A DNA stretch of 64,000 bases from Alphaproteobacteria bacterium (GCA_963667785.2 CAXXMU010000002.1:608001-672000), one strand, 5' to 3'. Shown: positions 48,147 to 60,212, counted from the first letter of the stretch. Notes: a model not told the origin generated them from the sequence alone. A program made the numbers and translations.

Positions 48147-48893
48147 ATGAGGCTGGCCGGCAAGCGGGCGCTGATCACGGGCGGGCTCGGCGGCATCGGC
48201 CGCAAGGTGGCCGAGCGTCTCGCCGCCGAAGGGGCCACGCTCGCGCTCGCCGATGCCGCCGCCGGCGAGAGCCCGGTCGCGGACGCGCGCTGCTACGTGG
48301 CGGACCTCGCCCGGGTCTCGGAGTGTCGCAGGCTGGCCGACGAGGTCCGGGCCGATCTCGGCGACATCGACCTGCTGGTCAACTGCGTCGGCGTCTTCGA
48401 GCAGTCGGAGTTCGACGAGACCACCGAGGAGAACTGGGACCGCACCGTCGACATCAACCTCAAGGGGGTGTTCTTCCTCATCCAGGCGGTGGCGCCGCAG
48501 ATGCGCCGGCAGGGAGGCGGGCGCATCGTCAACATCACCTCGATCGCGGCCAGCCAGGGCTTCGCCACGGCGCAGGCCTACTGCGCGGCGAAGGGCGGGC
48601 TGCTCAACCTCACCCGCGCGCTCGCGCTGGCGCTGGCGCCGGACGAGATCAACGTCAACGCGGTGGCGCCGGGCTTCATCCGCACGCAGATGACCGAGCA
48701 TCAGTGGACCGACGACGCCTTCATCGGCAGCCTCGGCCGCATGCTCGCGACGCGGAAGGGTTACATGGAGCCCGACGCGATAGCAGCCGCCGTGCTCTTC
48801 CTCTGCTCGGACGATGCCGCCCACGTTCACGGCGTCAATCTGGGCGTGGATGACGGCTGGCTCGCCGGCATCTCGGGGGCCGCCTTCACGTGA
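48147..48893 (+). CDS. Short-chain dehydrogenase/reductase
   Basis: TGGLGGIG, YCAAK, NAVAPG. Confidence 0.9.
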   Translation: MRLAGKRALITGGLGGIGRKVAERLAAEGATLALADAAAGESPVADARCYVADLARVSECRRLADEVRADLGDIDLLVNCVGVFEQSEFDETTEENWDRTVDINLKGVFFLIQAVAPQMRRQGGGRIVNITSIAASQGFATAQAYCAAKGGLLNLTRALALALAPDEINVNAVAPGFIRTQMTEHQWTDDAFIGSLGRMLATRKGYMEPDAIAAAVLFLCSDDAAHVHGVNLGVDDGWLAGISGAAFT

Positions 48894-48941
48894 AGGCTTG
48901 CCGCCTGATTTCGCGTCAAATCAACCGATAAGGACAGAACG

Positions 48942-49973
48942 ATGAAGTTCGGTCTGATGTTCGCCCATCAGGTGCCGCCGGAGAGCGGCATCGCCAGCAG
49001 CGAGACCTACGGCGACATGCTGCGCTGCCTGCCGCGCGCCGAGGAGCTGGGCTACGTCTCGGCCTTCCAGTGCTCCCATCACGTGCAGCGGGACAGCTTC
49101 TGCCCCGGCCCTCTGGTGGCGATGGCGGGGGCTGCGGCCGTGACCGAGCGCATGCGGATCGGCACCGCGGTCCTGCTGGTGCCGCTCTATGCGCCGCTCA
49201 AGCTCGCAGAGGACGTCGCCGTGCTCGACAACCTCTCGGGCGGGCGCTTCGTGTTCGGCGTGGCGCCGGGCTACGTGAGCCAGGAGTTCGCCGCCCACGG
49301 CGTGCCGCGCGACGAGCGCGTCGGGCGCTTCGAGGAGGCGCTGGACCTGATGATCCTCGCCTGGAGCGGCGAGCCCTTCTCCTTCGAGGGGCGCTACTAC
49401 CGGGTGGCGGAAGGGCAGGTGACGCCGAAGCCGGTGCAGAGCCCCCATCCACCCATCTGGTACGGAGTCTCGGCGCCGGGCTCGCTGCGCCGGGCGGCGG
49501 CGCGGCGCTGCGTGCAGATCATGTCGCCGCGCCACGGGCTCGCCGAGCTCGAGGCCCACTTCCAGCCCTACGAAGCCGCCGCGGCGGAGGCCGGCTGGGA
49601 GATCCCCGAGCGGCCGATCATCCGCCAGGTGTTCGTGGCGCCGACCATGGCCGAGGCCGAGGAGAAGGCCGCGCCCGCCGTGAACTACCTCTACCGCGTG
49701 CTCTACGGCGCCGCGTCGGCCGCCGGCGACCGGGTGCTCAGGCGCGACGACGGCAGCGTCATCGACGACGTCGGCAAGGTCGCGTTCGAGACCTTCAAGG
49801 ACCGCTACATCATCGGCGACCCGGACTTCGCGCTGCGCCGCATCGAGGACTACCGCAAGGCGGTGAACCCGAGCGAGGTGATCTGCTGGATGCACATGCC
49901 GGGCATCCCCGGCGCCGACGCCATGGCCTCGGTCGAGCTCTTCGCCAGCGAGGTCATGCCCCACGTCCGCTGA
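48942..49973 (+). CDS. LLM-class (luciferase-like) flavin-dependent oxidoreductase
   Basis: MKFG, AEELG, T.R.RIGT.V, P..LAE..A.LD.LS.GR, PKPVQ.PHPP. Confidence 0.9.
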   Translation: MKFGLMFAHQVPPESGIASSETYGDMLRCLPRAEELGYVSAFQCSHHVQRDSFCPGPLVAMAGAAAVTERMRIGTAVLLVPLYAPLKLAEDVAVLDNLSGGRFVFGVAPGYVSQEFAAHGVPRDERVGRFEEALDLMILAWSGEPFSFEGRYYRVAEGQVTPKPVQSPHPPIWYGVSAPGSLRRAAARRCVQIMSPRHGLAELEAHFQPYEAAAAEAGWEIPERPIIRQVFVAPTMAEAEEKAAPAVNYLYRVLYGAASAAGDRVLRRDDGSVIDDVGKVAFETFKDRYIIGDPDFALRRIEDYRKAVNPSEVICWMHMPGIPGADAMASVELFASEVMPHVR

Positions 49974-50012
49974 CGCGACGGGCACGGCAAGCGGAACAGG
50001 GGGCGGCAGCGC

Positions 50013-51692
<1,680 letters not shown>

Positions 51693-51724
51693 CCCCCCGT
51701 TTCCGAGGTTCCCCCGCTCACACG

Positions 51725-51788
51725 CGGTTCCCCTTCACGTCGAGGCCGGGCCCCGGAACGAGTCCGGGGGGCGTTCCGGCCATCCACG
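51725..51788. repeat. REP-like arm with a nested palindrome
   Basis: Matches 12625-12668 (GTTCCC.TTCACG....GGCCGG...CGTTCCGGCCATCCACG) with CCCCGGAACGAGTCCGGGG inserted; between convergent glnS and hflX. Confidence 0.65.
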
Positions 51789-51837
51789 TGTTTGCGTCTC
51801 GTCGCGCCGGGTCCGGCCGGGCGAGGTGGCGGCGGGC

Positions 51838-53196
51838 TCAGGCGAGCGAGATGCCGGGGCGCTGCTCCAGGCGGCCGGCGTCGGCGGGCGTGAGGCCGAC
51901 CCGGATGCACGCCTCGTCGCCGTCGTCGGCGCGGTCCAGCACCTCGCCGTGGCGGTAGAGCCAGGCGAGCGTGGCGCCGTCGGCGTAGGGCACCCGCACC
52001 TCGACGATGCGCCGCGCCGCAGCCAGCCGCGCGTCGATCATGCCGATGACGTCCTCCATCCCGGTGCCGGTGAGCGCGGACGCCGCCACCCAGGCGCCGT
52101 TCCCGTCGCCCGCGCCGCCGTTCTCCCCGTCGCCGCCGTGCGCGAGGAGCGCGGCCCGCTGCCTCGGGTCCAGCAGGTCGAGCTTGTTGAGGACCTCGAC
52201 GACCCCGCTCCGCAGGCGGTCCTCGATCCCGAGCTCGGCGAGCACCTTCAGCACGTCCGCGCGCTGCTCGGCGCTGTCGGCATGGGCGCAGTCGCGCACG
52301 TGCACGATGAGGTCGGCGGCCACGACCTCCTCCAGCGTTGCCCGGAAGGCCGCCACGAGGTCGTGCGGCAGGTCGGAGACGAAGCCCACCGTGTCCGACA
52401 GGATCACGCGCAGGCCCGACGGCAGGACGAGCCCGCGCATGGTCGGATCGAGGGTGGCGAAGAGCTGGTCCTTGGCGTCGGTGGCCGCGCCCGTGAGGCG
52501 GTTGAAGAGCGTGGATTTGCCGGCGTTGGTGTAGCCCACCAGCGCGACCACGGGATAGGGAACCCGGCGCCGCGCCGCGCGGTGCAGGCCGCGGGTCCGC
52601 CTGACGCCGTCGAGCGCGCGCTCGAGGCGGCCGATGCGGGTGCGGATCTGGCGCCGGTCGGCCTCGATCTGGGTCTCGCCCGGCCCGCCCACGAAGCCGA
52701 GCCCGCCGCGCTGGCGCTCGAGGTGGGTCCACGAGCGCACCAGCCGGCTGCGCTGGTAGCGGAGAGCGGCGAGCTCTACCTGGAGCCGGCCCTCGCGGGT
52801 GCGGGCGCGGGCCGCGAAGATCTCCAGGATGAGCGCGGTGCGGTCAATCACCTTGCAGCGCCACGCCCGCTCAAGGTTGCGCTGCTGCACCGGGCTGAGC
52901 GCCCCGTCCACGACCACCAGCCCGATGCCGTCGGCGGAGACCGCGTCCGCCACCGCCTCCACCCGGCCCGGCCCGAAGAGCGTCGCCGGCCGCGGCCTCT
53001 GCACGGGCACGACGTCGGCCGCCACGATCTCGAGGTCGATGGCGCGGGCGAGGCTCACCGCCTCGACGAGACGGCCCTCGGGCTCGCGCGCAGGCTCGTT
53101 CGCGCGCACGCTGGCCGGCGCACGGGTCAGCGCCGGATGCAGGACCCAGGCGCGCGGCAGCGGCTTGCCGTTGCGAAGCGCGCGCGAGTCCGCCAC
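51838..53196 (-). CDS. hflX: Ribosome-splitting GTPase HflX
   Basis: GPGETQIE.DRR, GYTNAGKST, LFATLDPT, DTVGF, NKLD. Confidence 0.96.
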   Translation of the reverse strand: MADSRALRNGKPLPRAWVLHPALTRAPASVRANEPAREPEGRLVEAVSLARAIDLEIVAADVVPVQRPRPATLFGPGRVEAVADAVSADGIGLVVVDGALSPVQQRNLERAWRCKVIDRTALILEIFAARARTREGRLQVELAALRYQRSRLVRSWTHLERQRGGLGFVGGPGETQIEADRRQIRTRIGRLERALDGVRRTRGLHRAARRRVPYPVVALVGYTNAGKSTLFNRLTGAATDAKDQLFATLDPTMRGLVLPSGLRVILSDTVGFVSDLPHDLVAAFRATLEEVVAADLIVHVRDCAHADSAEQRADVLKVLAELGIEDRLRSGVVEVLNKLDLLDPRQRAALLAHGGDGENGGAGDGNGAWVAASALTGTGMEDVIGMIDARLAAARRIVEVRVPYADGATLAWLYRHGEVLDRADDGDEACIRVGLTPADAGRLEQRPGISLA

Positions 53197-53457
53197 CTAG
53201 GTGTCGTCCTCCTCCGACGGCTCCGTGCCTGGATCGAACAACTGGATCGGCTGAACCGGCATCACCGTGGAGATTGCGTGCTTGTAGACGAGCTGCGAAT
53301 GGTCGTCGCGCCTGAGCAGCACGCAGAAGTTGTCGAACCAGGTAATGATCCCCTGGAGCTTGACCCCGTTCACGAGAAAGATCGTGACCGGCAGCTTTCC
53401 TTTGCGCACGTGATTGAGGAAGACGTCCTGGAGATTGTGGGATCGAGTGCCAGTCAT
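53197..53457 (-). CDS. hfq: RNA chaperone Hfq
   Basis: [25 protein letters not shown]. Confidence 0.98.
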   Translation of the reverse strand: MTGTRSHNLQDVFLNHVRKGKLPVTIFLVNGVKLQGIITWFDNFCVLLRRDDHSQLVYKHAISTVMPVQPIQLFDPGTEPSEEDDT

Positions 53458-53538
53458 GTGTTCCTCTACCCCTTTCCCGCCCCGTCACTCCGGATGCGGG
53501 CGCCGGGCACCACCGCACTTGACGGCACGCCCTGCTTG

Positions 53539-53566
53539 ACTATACGGCGATCCTGTGGCGCCGCAA
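53539..53566 (-). promoter_or_regulatory. Possible internal hfq promoter
   Basis: TTGCGG-N16-TATAGT overlapping the end of the HAD gene. Confidence 0.35.
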
Positions 53567-54196
53567 CAAACACTGCAGCGCCGCGTGGTCCGCGACCTGG
53601 TGATCCGGCGTGCACGCAAGGTCGCCGTCGCGCGGCGGGTCGCTGCCGACGATGACCGCGACGCAGGCCGAATTGCGGGCGCAGGTCACGTCGATGCCCG
53701 TGTCGCCGACATACCACACGTCCGCGCCGGGGCCGGCGCCCGTGCCCTCGAGAGCCAGCGCCACGGCCTCCGGCGCCGGCTTGTCGCGTGCCGCATCTTC
53801 GGCGCCGACGATGCGGCCGAAATAGCCGCTCCAGCCCAGATGCTCGGCCTCCTCGCGCACCAGGTCGCCCAGCTTGCTGCTCACCACCCCGAGAGGGACG
53901 CGGTTGCGCCGGAGCGCCTCCAGCGTGCCTGCCGCGCCGGCGAGCGGGCTCAGCAGGTCGAGGTGATGCGCCCGGTAGTGCCGGTAGAACGCGCGCTCGG
54001 CGCGCTCCGCGTCCGCCCCGAAGAGATCGGGAAACGAATCCCGCATCGAGCGACGCACCCACGCCTTCGTCTGGGCGAAGCTCCACGGCTCGCGCCCGAG
54101 GTCCTCGAAGGTCCGCCGCAGGCTCTCGTGGATGATCTCCCAGCTCGCGACGAGGGTGTTGTCCCAGTCGAAGAGGACGGCACGGGGCGGCGTCAA
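53540..54196 (-). CDS. HAD-family hydrolase (phosphoglycolate phosphatase-like)
   Basis: FDWDNTL, KP.P, VGD...D. Confidence 0.88.
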   Translation of the reverse strand: MTPPRAVLFDWDNTLVASWEIIHESLRRTFEDLGREPWSFAQTKAWVRRSMRDSFPDLFGADAERAERAFYRHYRAHHLDLLSPLAGAAGTLEALRRNRVPLGVVSSKLGDLVREEAEHLGWSGYFGRIVGAEDAARDKPAPEAVALALEGTGAGPGADVWYVGDTGIDVTCARNSACVAVIVGSDPPRDGDLACTPDHQVADHAALQCLLRRHRIAV

Positions 54197-55056
54197 CGGT
54201 TGGCGCGCCCGTTGCGGCAGTAGTCCAGGTAGAGCGCGCGCAGCTTTACTGTCACCGGGCCCGGCGCGCCGCTGCCGACCGTGTGGCCGTCGATGCTGAC
54301 GATGCCGCGCACGAAGGAGGTCGTGCTGGTGAGGAAGGCCTCGGGCGCGGCCTGCGCCTCCGCCAGCGTGAACGCACGCTCCGCCACCTCCAGCCCGGCC
54401 TCGCGGGCCAGCCCGATCACCCTCTGGCGGGTGATGCCGCCGAGGATGTTCGATTCGAGATCGCGGGTGACGACGCGCCCGGCGTCGTCCACGATCCAGG
54501 CGTTGGTGGACGAGCCTTCGGTGACACGACCCTCGGCATCGACGAACCAGGCCTCGTAGGCGCCCTGCTCGCGCGCGGCCTGCTTGGCGAGCACGTTGGG
54601 AAGCAGGGAGACGGACTTGACGTCGCAGCGCCCCCAGCGCCCGTCCGACATCGAGACCACCGCGACGCCGCCGTCGTCTGCCGCCGCCTCGGGCCAGCGG
54701 ACCGGGCGCGCTGTGAGCACGACCGCACCAATGGCCTCCTCCGGGAAGGGATGATCCCGCGCCGCAGCGCCGCGCGTGACCTGGAGATAGACCATGCCGT
54801 CCCGCACCCGGTTGCGGCGCAGCACCTCGCGGGTCACGAGCCTGAGCGCGCTGCGCGGAAGCGGCAGGTCCATCCGGAGCTCGGCGAGCGAGCGCTCCAG
54901 CCGGTCCAGGTGCGGCTCCTCGTCGATGACGCGGCCGTCGCAGACGGCGGCGACCTCGTAGACGCCGTCGGAGAACTGGTATCCCCGGTCCTCGACGTGG
55001 ACCTGGGCGTCGTCGTGCCGCAGGTAGCGGCCGTTCACGTAGGCGATGCGGGACAT
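54193..55056 (-). CDS. dat: D-amino-acid aminotransferase (PLP fold IV)
   Basis: DRGYQFSDGVYEV, YLQVTRG, DVKS..LL.N, TEGSSTN, ILGGITR. Confidence 0.88.
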   Translation of the reverse strand: MSRIAYVNGRYLRHDDAQVHVEDRGYQFSDGVYEVAAVCDGRVIDEEPHLDRLERSLAELRMDLPLPRSALRLVTREVLRRNRVRDGMVYLQVTRGAAARDHPFPEEAIGAVVLTARPVRWPEAAADDGGVAVVSMSDGRWGRCDVKSVSLLPNVLAKQAAREQGAYEAWFVDAEGRVTEGSSTNAWIVDDAGRVVTRDLESNILGGITRQRVIGLAREAGLEVAERAFTLAEAQAAPEAFLTSTTSFVRGIVSIDGHTVGSGAPGPVTVKLRALYLDYCRNGRANR

Positions 55057-55068
55057 GCCGGCCTCCGG

Positions 55069-56445
55069 TCAGATGAACTCCAGGCTCACGGCGAAGAGCT
55101 GCTCGATCTTCTTCACCGCGCGCGCCGCCGCCAGGATCACGACCCGGTCATGCTCCTGGATCACCGTGCTCGGACGCGGAATGATGACCTCGTCGTTGCG
55201 CAGGATCGCGCCGACGATCATGCCGGCGGGCAGCTTGGCCTCGCCCAGCGCATGGCCGACCATGGGAGAGGTCCCCAGCGCCTCGGCCTCGATGATCTCG
55301 GCGGCACCGTCCCGGATCGAGTGGACCGCCAGGATGCGGCCGCGCCGGATGCGCTGCAGGATGGTGGAGACCGTCGATTCGCGCGGGCTCACCGCCACGT
55401 CGACGCCGAGGCTGCCCATCAGCGGCCCATAGCTCGAATTGTTGACCAGCGAGATCGCGGTCCGGCAGCCCGCGCGCTTGGCCAACAGCGCCGCCAGGAT
55501 GTTCACCTCGTCGTCGTTGGAGACGGCGATCACCGCCTCGGCGAGCCCGATGTTGATCTCGATGAAGATCTCCGCATCCAGCGCGTCGCCGCGGATGACG
55601 GTGGTGTGGCCGAGCTGCTCCGCCAGGAAGTGCGCGCGCTCCTCGCGCAGCTCGACGATCTTGAGGTCGAGTCCCGGATGGCCGGTCTCCAGCTCCCGCG
55701 TGAGGAAGTAGCCGATGTTGCCGCCGCCGATGATGACCACCCGGCGCGCCTCCGGCTCCTCGTGCCCGAAGACGGCCATGCCCCGCGAGACGTGCTCCGA
55801 ATCGACGGCGAAGTACACCTCGTCGCCGATCAGCATCTGGTCGTCGCCGCGCGGCACCATGAGGCGCGAATCCCGGCTGATGGCGAGGACCGTGATGTTG
55901 AGGTCGGGAAAGAGCTCGGTGAGCTGGCGCAGCGGCGTGTTGATGATGGGGCAGCCTTCCTCGCAGCGCACCGCGATCACCCGCACGCGGCCGCCGCCGA
56001 AAGGCAGCATGTCGAGGGCGCCCGGCACCTGCAGCCGGCGCTCGATGGCGCGGGCGACCTCGATCTCGGGCGAGATGATGAGGTCGATCGGCATATTGTC
56101 GGCGCTATAGAGGTCCGCCCAGGCGGGATTGAGGTAGCTCTGGTGGCGCACGCGCGCGATCTTCTCCGGCACGTCGAAGAGCGAATGGGCGACCTGGCAG
56201 GCCACCATGTTGACCTCGTCGGAGTGGGTGACGGCGACGATCATGTCGGCGGTCTTGGCGCCCGCCGCCTCGAGCACGTCGGGCAGCGACGCGTTGCCGA
56301 CGATCGCCCGCGCGTCCACCGAGTCCGAGAGCCGCTGCACGACCGTGCGGTCACTGTCGATCACGGTCACGTCGTTGGCCTCGTTCGCGAGCTGGCGGGC
56401 GATGCTCGAGCCGACCTGGCCGGCGCCGCAGACGATGATCTTCAT
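55069..56445 (-). CDS. trkA: Trk potassium uptake NAD-binding subunit
   Basis: MKIIVCGAGQVG, VT.SDEVN, second GGGNIG RCK domain. Confidence 0.95.
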   Translation of the reverse strand: MKIIVCGAGQVGSSIARQLANEANDVTVIDSDRTVVQRLSDSVDARAIVGNASLPDVLEAAGAKTADMIVAVTHSDEVNMVACQVAHSLFDVPEKIARVRHQSYLNPAWADLYSADNMPIDLIISPEIEVARAIERRLQVPGALDMLPFGGGRVRVIAVRCEEGCPIINTPLRQLTELFPDLNITVLAISRDSRLMVPRGDDQMLIGDEVYFAVDSEHVSRGMAVFGHEEPEARRVVIIGGGNIGYFLTRELETGHPGLDLKIVELREERAHFLAEQLGHTTVIRGDALDAEIFIEINIGLAEAVIAVSNDDEVNILAALLAKRAGCRTAISLVNNSSYGPLMGSLGVDVAVSPRESTVSTILQRIRRGRILAVHSIRDGAAEIIEAEALGTSPMVGHALGEAKLPAGMIVGAILRNDEVIIPRPSTVIQEHDRVVILAAARAVKKIEQLFAVSLEFI

Positions 56446-57893
56446 GGGCCGTCCGGCCGGCCGTTGCCGCCCGCAGCCCCCTTGCCGCGGCTCTCGCCCG
56501 CGCCCGGCTCGCGGTCGAGCACCCCGAGCGAGCGGAGCTTGCGGTGGAGCGCCGAGCGCTCCATGCCGACGAACTGGGCGGTGCGCGAGATGTTGCCGCC
56601 GAAGCGCGCGACCTGGGCGTTGAGGTAGTCCCGCTCGAACTGGCGGCGGGCGTCGCGCAGCGGCAGCATCATCATGTCGGCCTGGCCGGGCAGCGAATCC
56701 GCGTGGCCGGTCGCCGGCCCCAGCGCCGCCGGGATCATGTCGGCGCCGATCGACTGGCCGGGCGCGGCCTGCGCCATGATGAGCAGCCATTCGACGAAGT
56801 TGCGGAGCTGGCGCACGTTGCCCGGCCAGTCGAACGACTGCAGCATCGCCATCGCGTCGTCGCCGATCTCGCGCGGGGGGGAGCCGGCGCTTCCCGCCAC
56901 CTGGTCGATGAAGAAGCGCGCGAGCGCGGGGATGTCCTCGCGCCGGTCGCGCAGCGCGGGCACCTCGATGGGGCTGACCAGCAGCCGGTAGTAGAGGTCG
57001 CTGCGGAAGCGGCCCTGGGCGATCTCCGTCTCCATGTCGCGCGTGGTCGCCGCCATGACGCGGATGTCGACCTCGATCTGCTGCGAGCCGCCCTCGCGCT
57101 CGAAGGTGTGCGCCTGCAGGGCGCGGGCGATCTTGCCCTGGGTCTCCAGCGGCATGTCGGCGATCTCGTCGAAGAAGAGGGTGCCGCCGTGGGCGCGTTC
57201 GAAGGTCCCGATCTTGCGCGAGCGCGCGGCGCCGCGCCCTTCTCCCTCGCTGCCGAACAGCTCCATCTCGACGTGGTCGGGCCGCATCATCGCGGCGTTG
57301 GCCACCACGAAGGGGCCGGCGGAGCGGCGCGAAAGGCGGTGGACGAGGCGCGCGACCAGCTCCTTTCCCGAGCCGGCCGGACCGGAGATGAAGATGCGCC
57401 TGTCGGTCGGCGCCGCGCGCTCGGCCGCCATGCGGGTCTGCCTGATGGCCGCCGACGAGCCGATCAGCTCCGTCATCGTGTTGGTGCGCTGCTTCAGCTC
57501 GGCGACCTCGCGCCTGAGCTCCGCCGCCTCCAGCGCGCGCGCGACCGTGAGCAGCAGCCGGTCGCTGTCGAGCGGCTTCTCGATGAACTCGTAGGCCCCC
57601 TTCTTGATGGCCGTGACCGCGGTGTCGATGGTGCCGTGCCCGCTGATCATGATGATCGGCACCTCGGGGTGGCTATGGGTCACCGCCTCCAGCACGTCCA
57701 TGCCGTCGAGCTCGCTCCCCTCCAGCCAGACATCGAGGATGAGGAGCGCCGGCGGCGGCCCGGAATCGATCGCAGCCAGCGCGGCCGCGCCATCGGCCGC
57801 GTCGCGCGGCGCGTAGCCGCCGTCCTCGAGGATGCCGGCCACCGATTTGCGGATATAGGCCTCGTCGTCGACGATCAGGATGTCGCGGAGCAT
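56442..57893 (-). CDS. ntrX: Nitrogen-assimilation response regulator NtrX
   Basis: REC domain (DDE, LDVWL, ISGHG), AAA+ domain lacking GAFTGA, Fis HTH GMERSALHRKL; next to ntrY. Confidence 0.93.
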   Translation of the reverse strand: MLRDILIVDDEAYIRKSVAGILEDGGYAPRDAADGAAALAAIDSGPPPALLILDVWLEGSELDGMDVLEAVTHSHPEVPIIMISGHGTIDTAVTAIKKGAYEFIEKPLDSDRLLLTVARALEAAELRREVAELKQRTNTMTELIGSSAAIRQTRMAAERAAPTDRRIFISGPAGSGKELVARLVHRLSRRSAGPFVVANAAMMRPDHVEMELFGSEGEGRGAARSRKIGTFERAHGGTLFFDEIADMPLETQGKIARALQAHTFEREGGSQQIEVDIRVMAATTRDMETEIAQGRFRSDLYYRLLVSPIEVPALRDRREDIPALARFFIDQVAGSAGSPPREIGDDAMAMLQSFDWPGNVRQLRNFVEWLLIMAQAAPGQSIGADMIPAALGPATGHADSLPGQADMMMLPLRDARRQFERDYLNAQVARFGGNISRTAQFVGMERSALHRKLRSLGVLDREPGAGESRGKGAAGGNGRPDGP

Positions 57894-60163
57894 CAGCTCT
57901 CACCGCCCGTGGAGGAGACACGATCCGTCACGCCGCCGGCGAAGACGAGCGTGACGAGGGCGCCGCCGCCGGCCCCGTTCTCCAGGACCAGCCTGCCGCC
58001 GTGATCCTCCATGATTCGCCGCACGATGGCGAGGCCGAGCCCGGTGCCGCCCTCGCGGTTGGTGACGTAGGGCTCGGTCAGCCTCTCCTTCGGCGTCGCC
58101 GGCAGGCCCGGCCCGTCGTCCTCGATCTCGACCCGCCAGTGCCCGTCCGCCTCGCGCAGGCGGATGACGATGTGCCCGGCCGGACTCGCGTCGGTTTCCC
58201 GGCTCTCGATGGCCTCGATCGCGTTCTTGAGCACGTTGGTGAGCGCCCGGCCGATCTGGCGGGGATCGCACTCGATCTCCACCGGGCCCTCGGGCCGCTC
58301 GATCTCGAAGACGACCTCGGGGCTCGCCACCCGGTGCAGGACCACGGCCCGCTCCACGGTATCGATCAGGTCGACCCGCTCCGGCACCGGCGCCGGCATC
58401 CGCGCGAAGGAAGAGAACGCGTCGATCATCTGGCGTATGTCGCCGACCTGGCGGACGATGGTATCGGTGCAGTCCTCGAACACGTCCGGCTGGGTGCGGA
58501 CCTCGCCGAGATAGCGGCGCTTGAGCCGCTGCGCCGAGAGCTGGATCGGCGTCAGCGGGTTCTTGATCTCGTGGGCGATGCGTTGCGCGACGTCGGCCCA
58601 GGCCGCCCGCCGCTGGGCCGAGACCAGCGCGGTGATGTCGTCGAAGGTGACGACGAAGCCGTCGATCTGCTGGTCTGCCCGCTCGGTCACGATGCGCACG
58701 AGCAGGGTGCGGCGATGCTCGCCCCGCACCAGCTCGACGTGGTCCTCCACCAGCGGCTGCTGCGGCTGCGCCCGCGCGCTGGCCAGCAGCTCGGCCATCT
58801 CGGGAATCGCCTCCTCGAGCGGATGGCCGGTGAGCGCGGCCGCATCGGCGCCCAGCAGGGCGAGCGCGGACGGGTTCGGCAGCGTGATCCGCCCGTCCGC
58901 GTCCAGCCCGATGACCCCGGCCGAGACGCCGGCGAGCACGGCCTCGGTGAACCGCCGCCGCTCGTCGAGCTCTAGGTTGGCGTCCTGCAGCGCCTGCTGC
59001 TGGCTGTGGATCTGGCCGGTCATCCGGTTGAAGGCGCGGCTGAGGGAGCCGAACTCGTCGTCCCGCCCGGGCTCGTCGACGCGTGCCGCAAGCTCGCCGG
59101 CGCGGACCCGGTCGGCGGCGGCGACGAGGCCGCTGATCGGATAGGCGATGCGGTTGGCGAAGATCAGCCCCAGCCACACCGCGGACAGCAGGACCAGGAG
59201 CGCCACCACGATGAAGATCATCACGAAGGTGATCTGGATGCCGTAGCGCTCCTCCTCGAGGCGCTGGTAGTCCCTCACCGCGGTGTGGATCTGCCGCGTG
59301 TGGGCGACCACCTCGCGCTCCAGCGAGCGCGTGACGTAGAGATAGGCGTCGACGAAGCTGGTGAGCCTGATGAGGGCGCGCACGCGGTCGTCGTCGGCCG
59401 GCAGGATCACCAGGCGCCCGTCGGACGCCGCATCCATGGCCCAGTCCGGCGCGGGCGTGAGGTCGAGGCTCAGGCTCTGGCTGTTGCGCGCCAGGATGTC
59501 TCCGTTGCGGCGCGTCACGATCGCCTCGGACAGCGTGAGCGCGTTCACTGTCTCGTCCAGGAGGCGGGGCATGAGCTGCGGATCCCGCGCCACGCGGACG
59601 ACCTCGCCGTTCAGCCTCAGCGCCGCCGCCAGGGTGCTGACGCGAATGCCGTCGTTCTGCTCCTGCACGTAGGTCTGGGCGACGATGAGCGAGCGGTCGA
59701 GCGCGCTCGACACCTTCTCGCTGAACCAGGACTGCATGCCGAAATGGAGGAAGAGCGCCGAGAACACGGCGACCACGATGGTGGGCGTCATGGCGACCAG
59801 GCTGAACAGCGTCGCCATGCGCGTGTGCAGGCGCGCGCCTGCCCTGCCGCGGCGACGCTCGATCCAGAGTCGCACCAGCCGCGAGGCGACCAGCGCGCCG
59901 AGGCCCAGCAGAAGCACGAGATCGACGTTGAGCAGGATCAGGATGTTCTGCGGGTCAGGGCCGAAGGGCGCCGATCCGCTCATGGCGACGTAGGTCAGCG
60001 CGCCGGAGATCACCGCGGCGGAGGTCAGCCCGATGGCGAGCATCCGAGGCAGGTCGCGGCGCCGCGACCACGCCAGGAAGCGTCGCCGCCAGGCGGCGTC
60101 CGCAAAGCTGCGGACCGCCCGCCGGCCGGACGCCTCCGTGCCGGGCAGCGCCTCGTCAGCCAT
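57893..60163 (-). CDS. ntrY: Sensor histidine kinase NtrY
   Basis: TM-HAMP-PAS, AW..VA.RIAHEIKNPLTPIQLSA, EPYVT, GTGLGL. Confidence 0.93.
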   Translation of the reverse strand: MADEALPGTEASGRRAVRSFADAAWRRRFLAWSRRRDLPRMLAIGLTSAAVISGALTYVAMSGSAPFGPDPQNILILLNVDLVLLLGLGALVASRLVRLWIERRRGRAGARLHTRMATLFSLVAMTPTIVVAVFSALFLHFGMQSWFSEKVSSALDRSLIVAQTYVQEQNDGIRVSTLAAALRLNGEVVRVARDPQLMPRLLDETVNALTLSEAIVTRRNGDILARNSQSLSLDLTPAPDWAMDAASDGRLVILPADDDRVRALIRLTSFVDAYLYVTRSLEREVVAHTRQIHTAVRDYQRLEEERYGIQITFVMIFIVVALLVLLSAVWLGLIFANRIAYPISGLVAAADRVRAGELAARVDEPGRDDEFGSLSRAFNRMTGQIHSQQQALQDANLELDERRRFTEAVLAGVSAGVIGLDADGRITLPNPSALALLGADAAALTGHPLEEAIPEMAELLASARAQPQQPLVEDHVELVRGEHRRTLLVRIVTERADQQIDGFVVTFDDITALVSAQRRAAWADVAQRIAHEIKNPLTPIQLSAQRLKRRYLGEVRTQPDVFEDCTDTIVRQVGDIRQMIDAFSSFARMPAPVPERVDLIDTVERAVVLHRVASPEVVFEIERPEGPVEIECDPRQIGRALTNVLKNAIEAIESRETDASPAGHIVIRLREADGHWRVEIEDDGPGLPATPKERLTEPYVTNREGGTGLGLAIVRRIMEDHGGRLVLENGAGGGALVTLVFAGGVTDRVSSTGGES

Positions 60164-60212
60164 CGTCAGTCACCGTCAGCCGCCGCGTCGCGCTTCGGCA
60201 CCCCGAGCGGCG

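Noticed and set aside
56442-57893. Missing GAFTGA motif in a sigma54-type activator
   Set aside because: Known normal property of alphaproteobacterial NtrX
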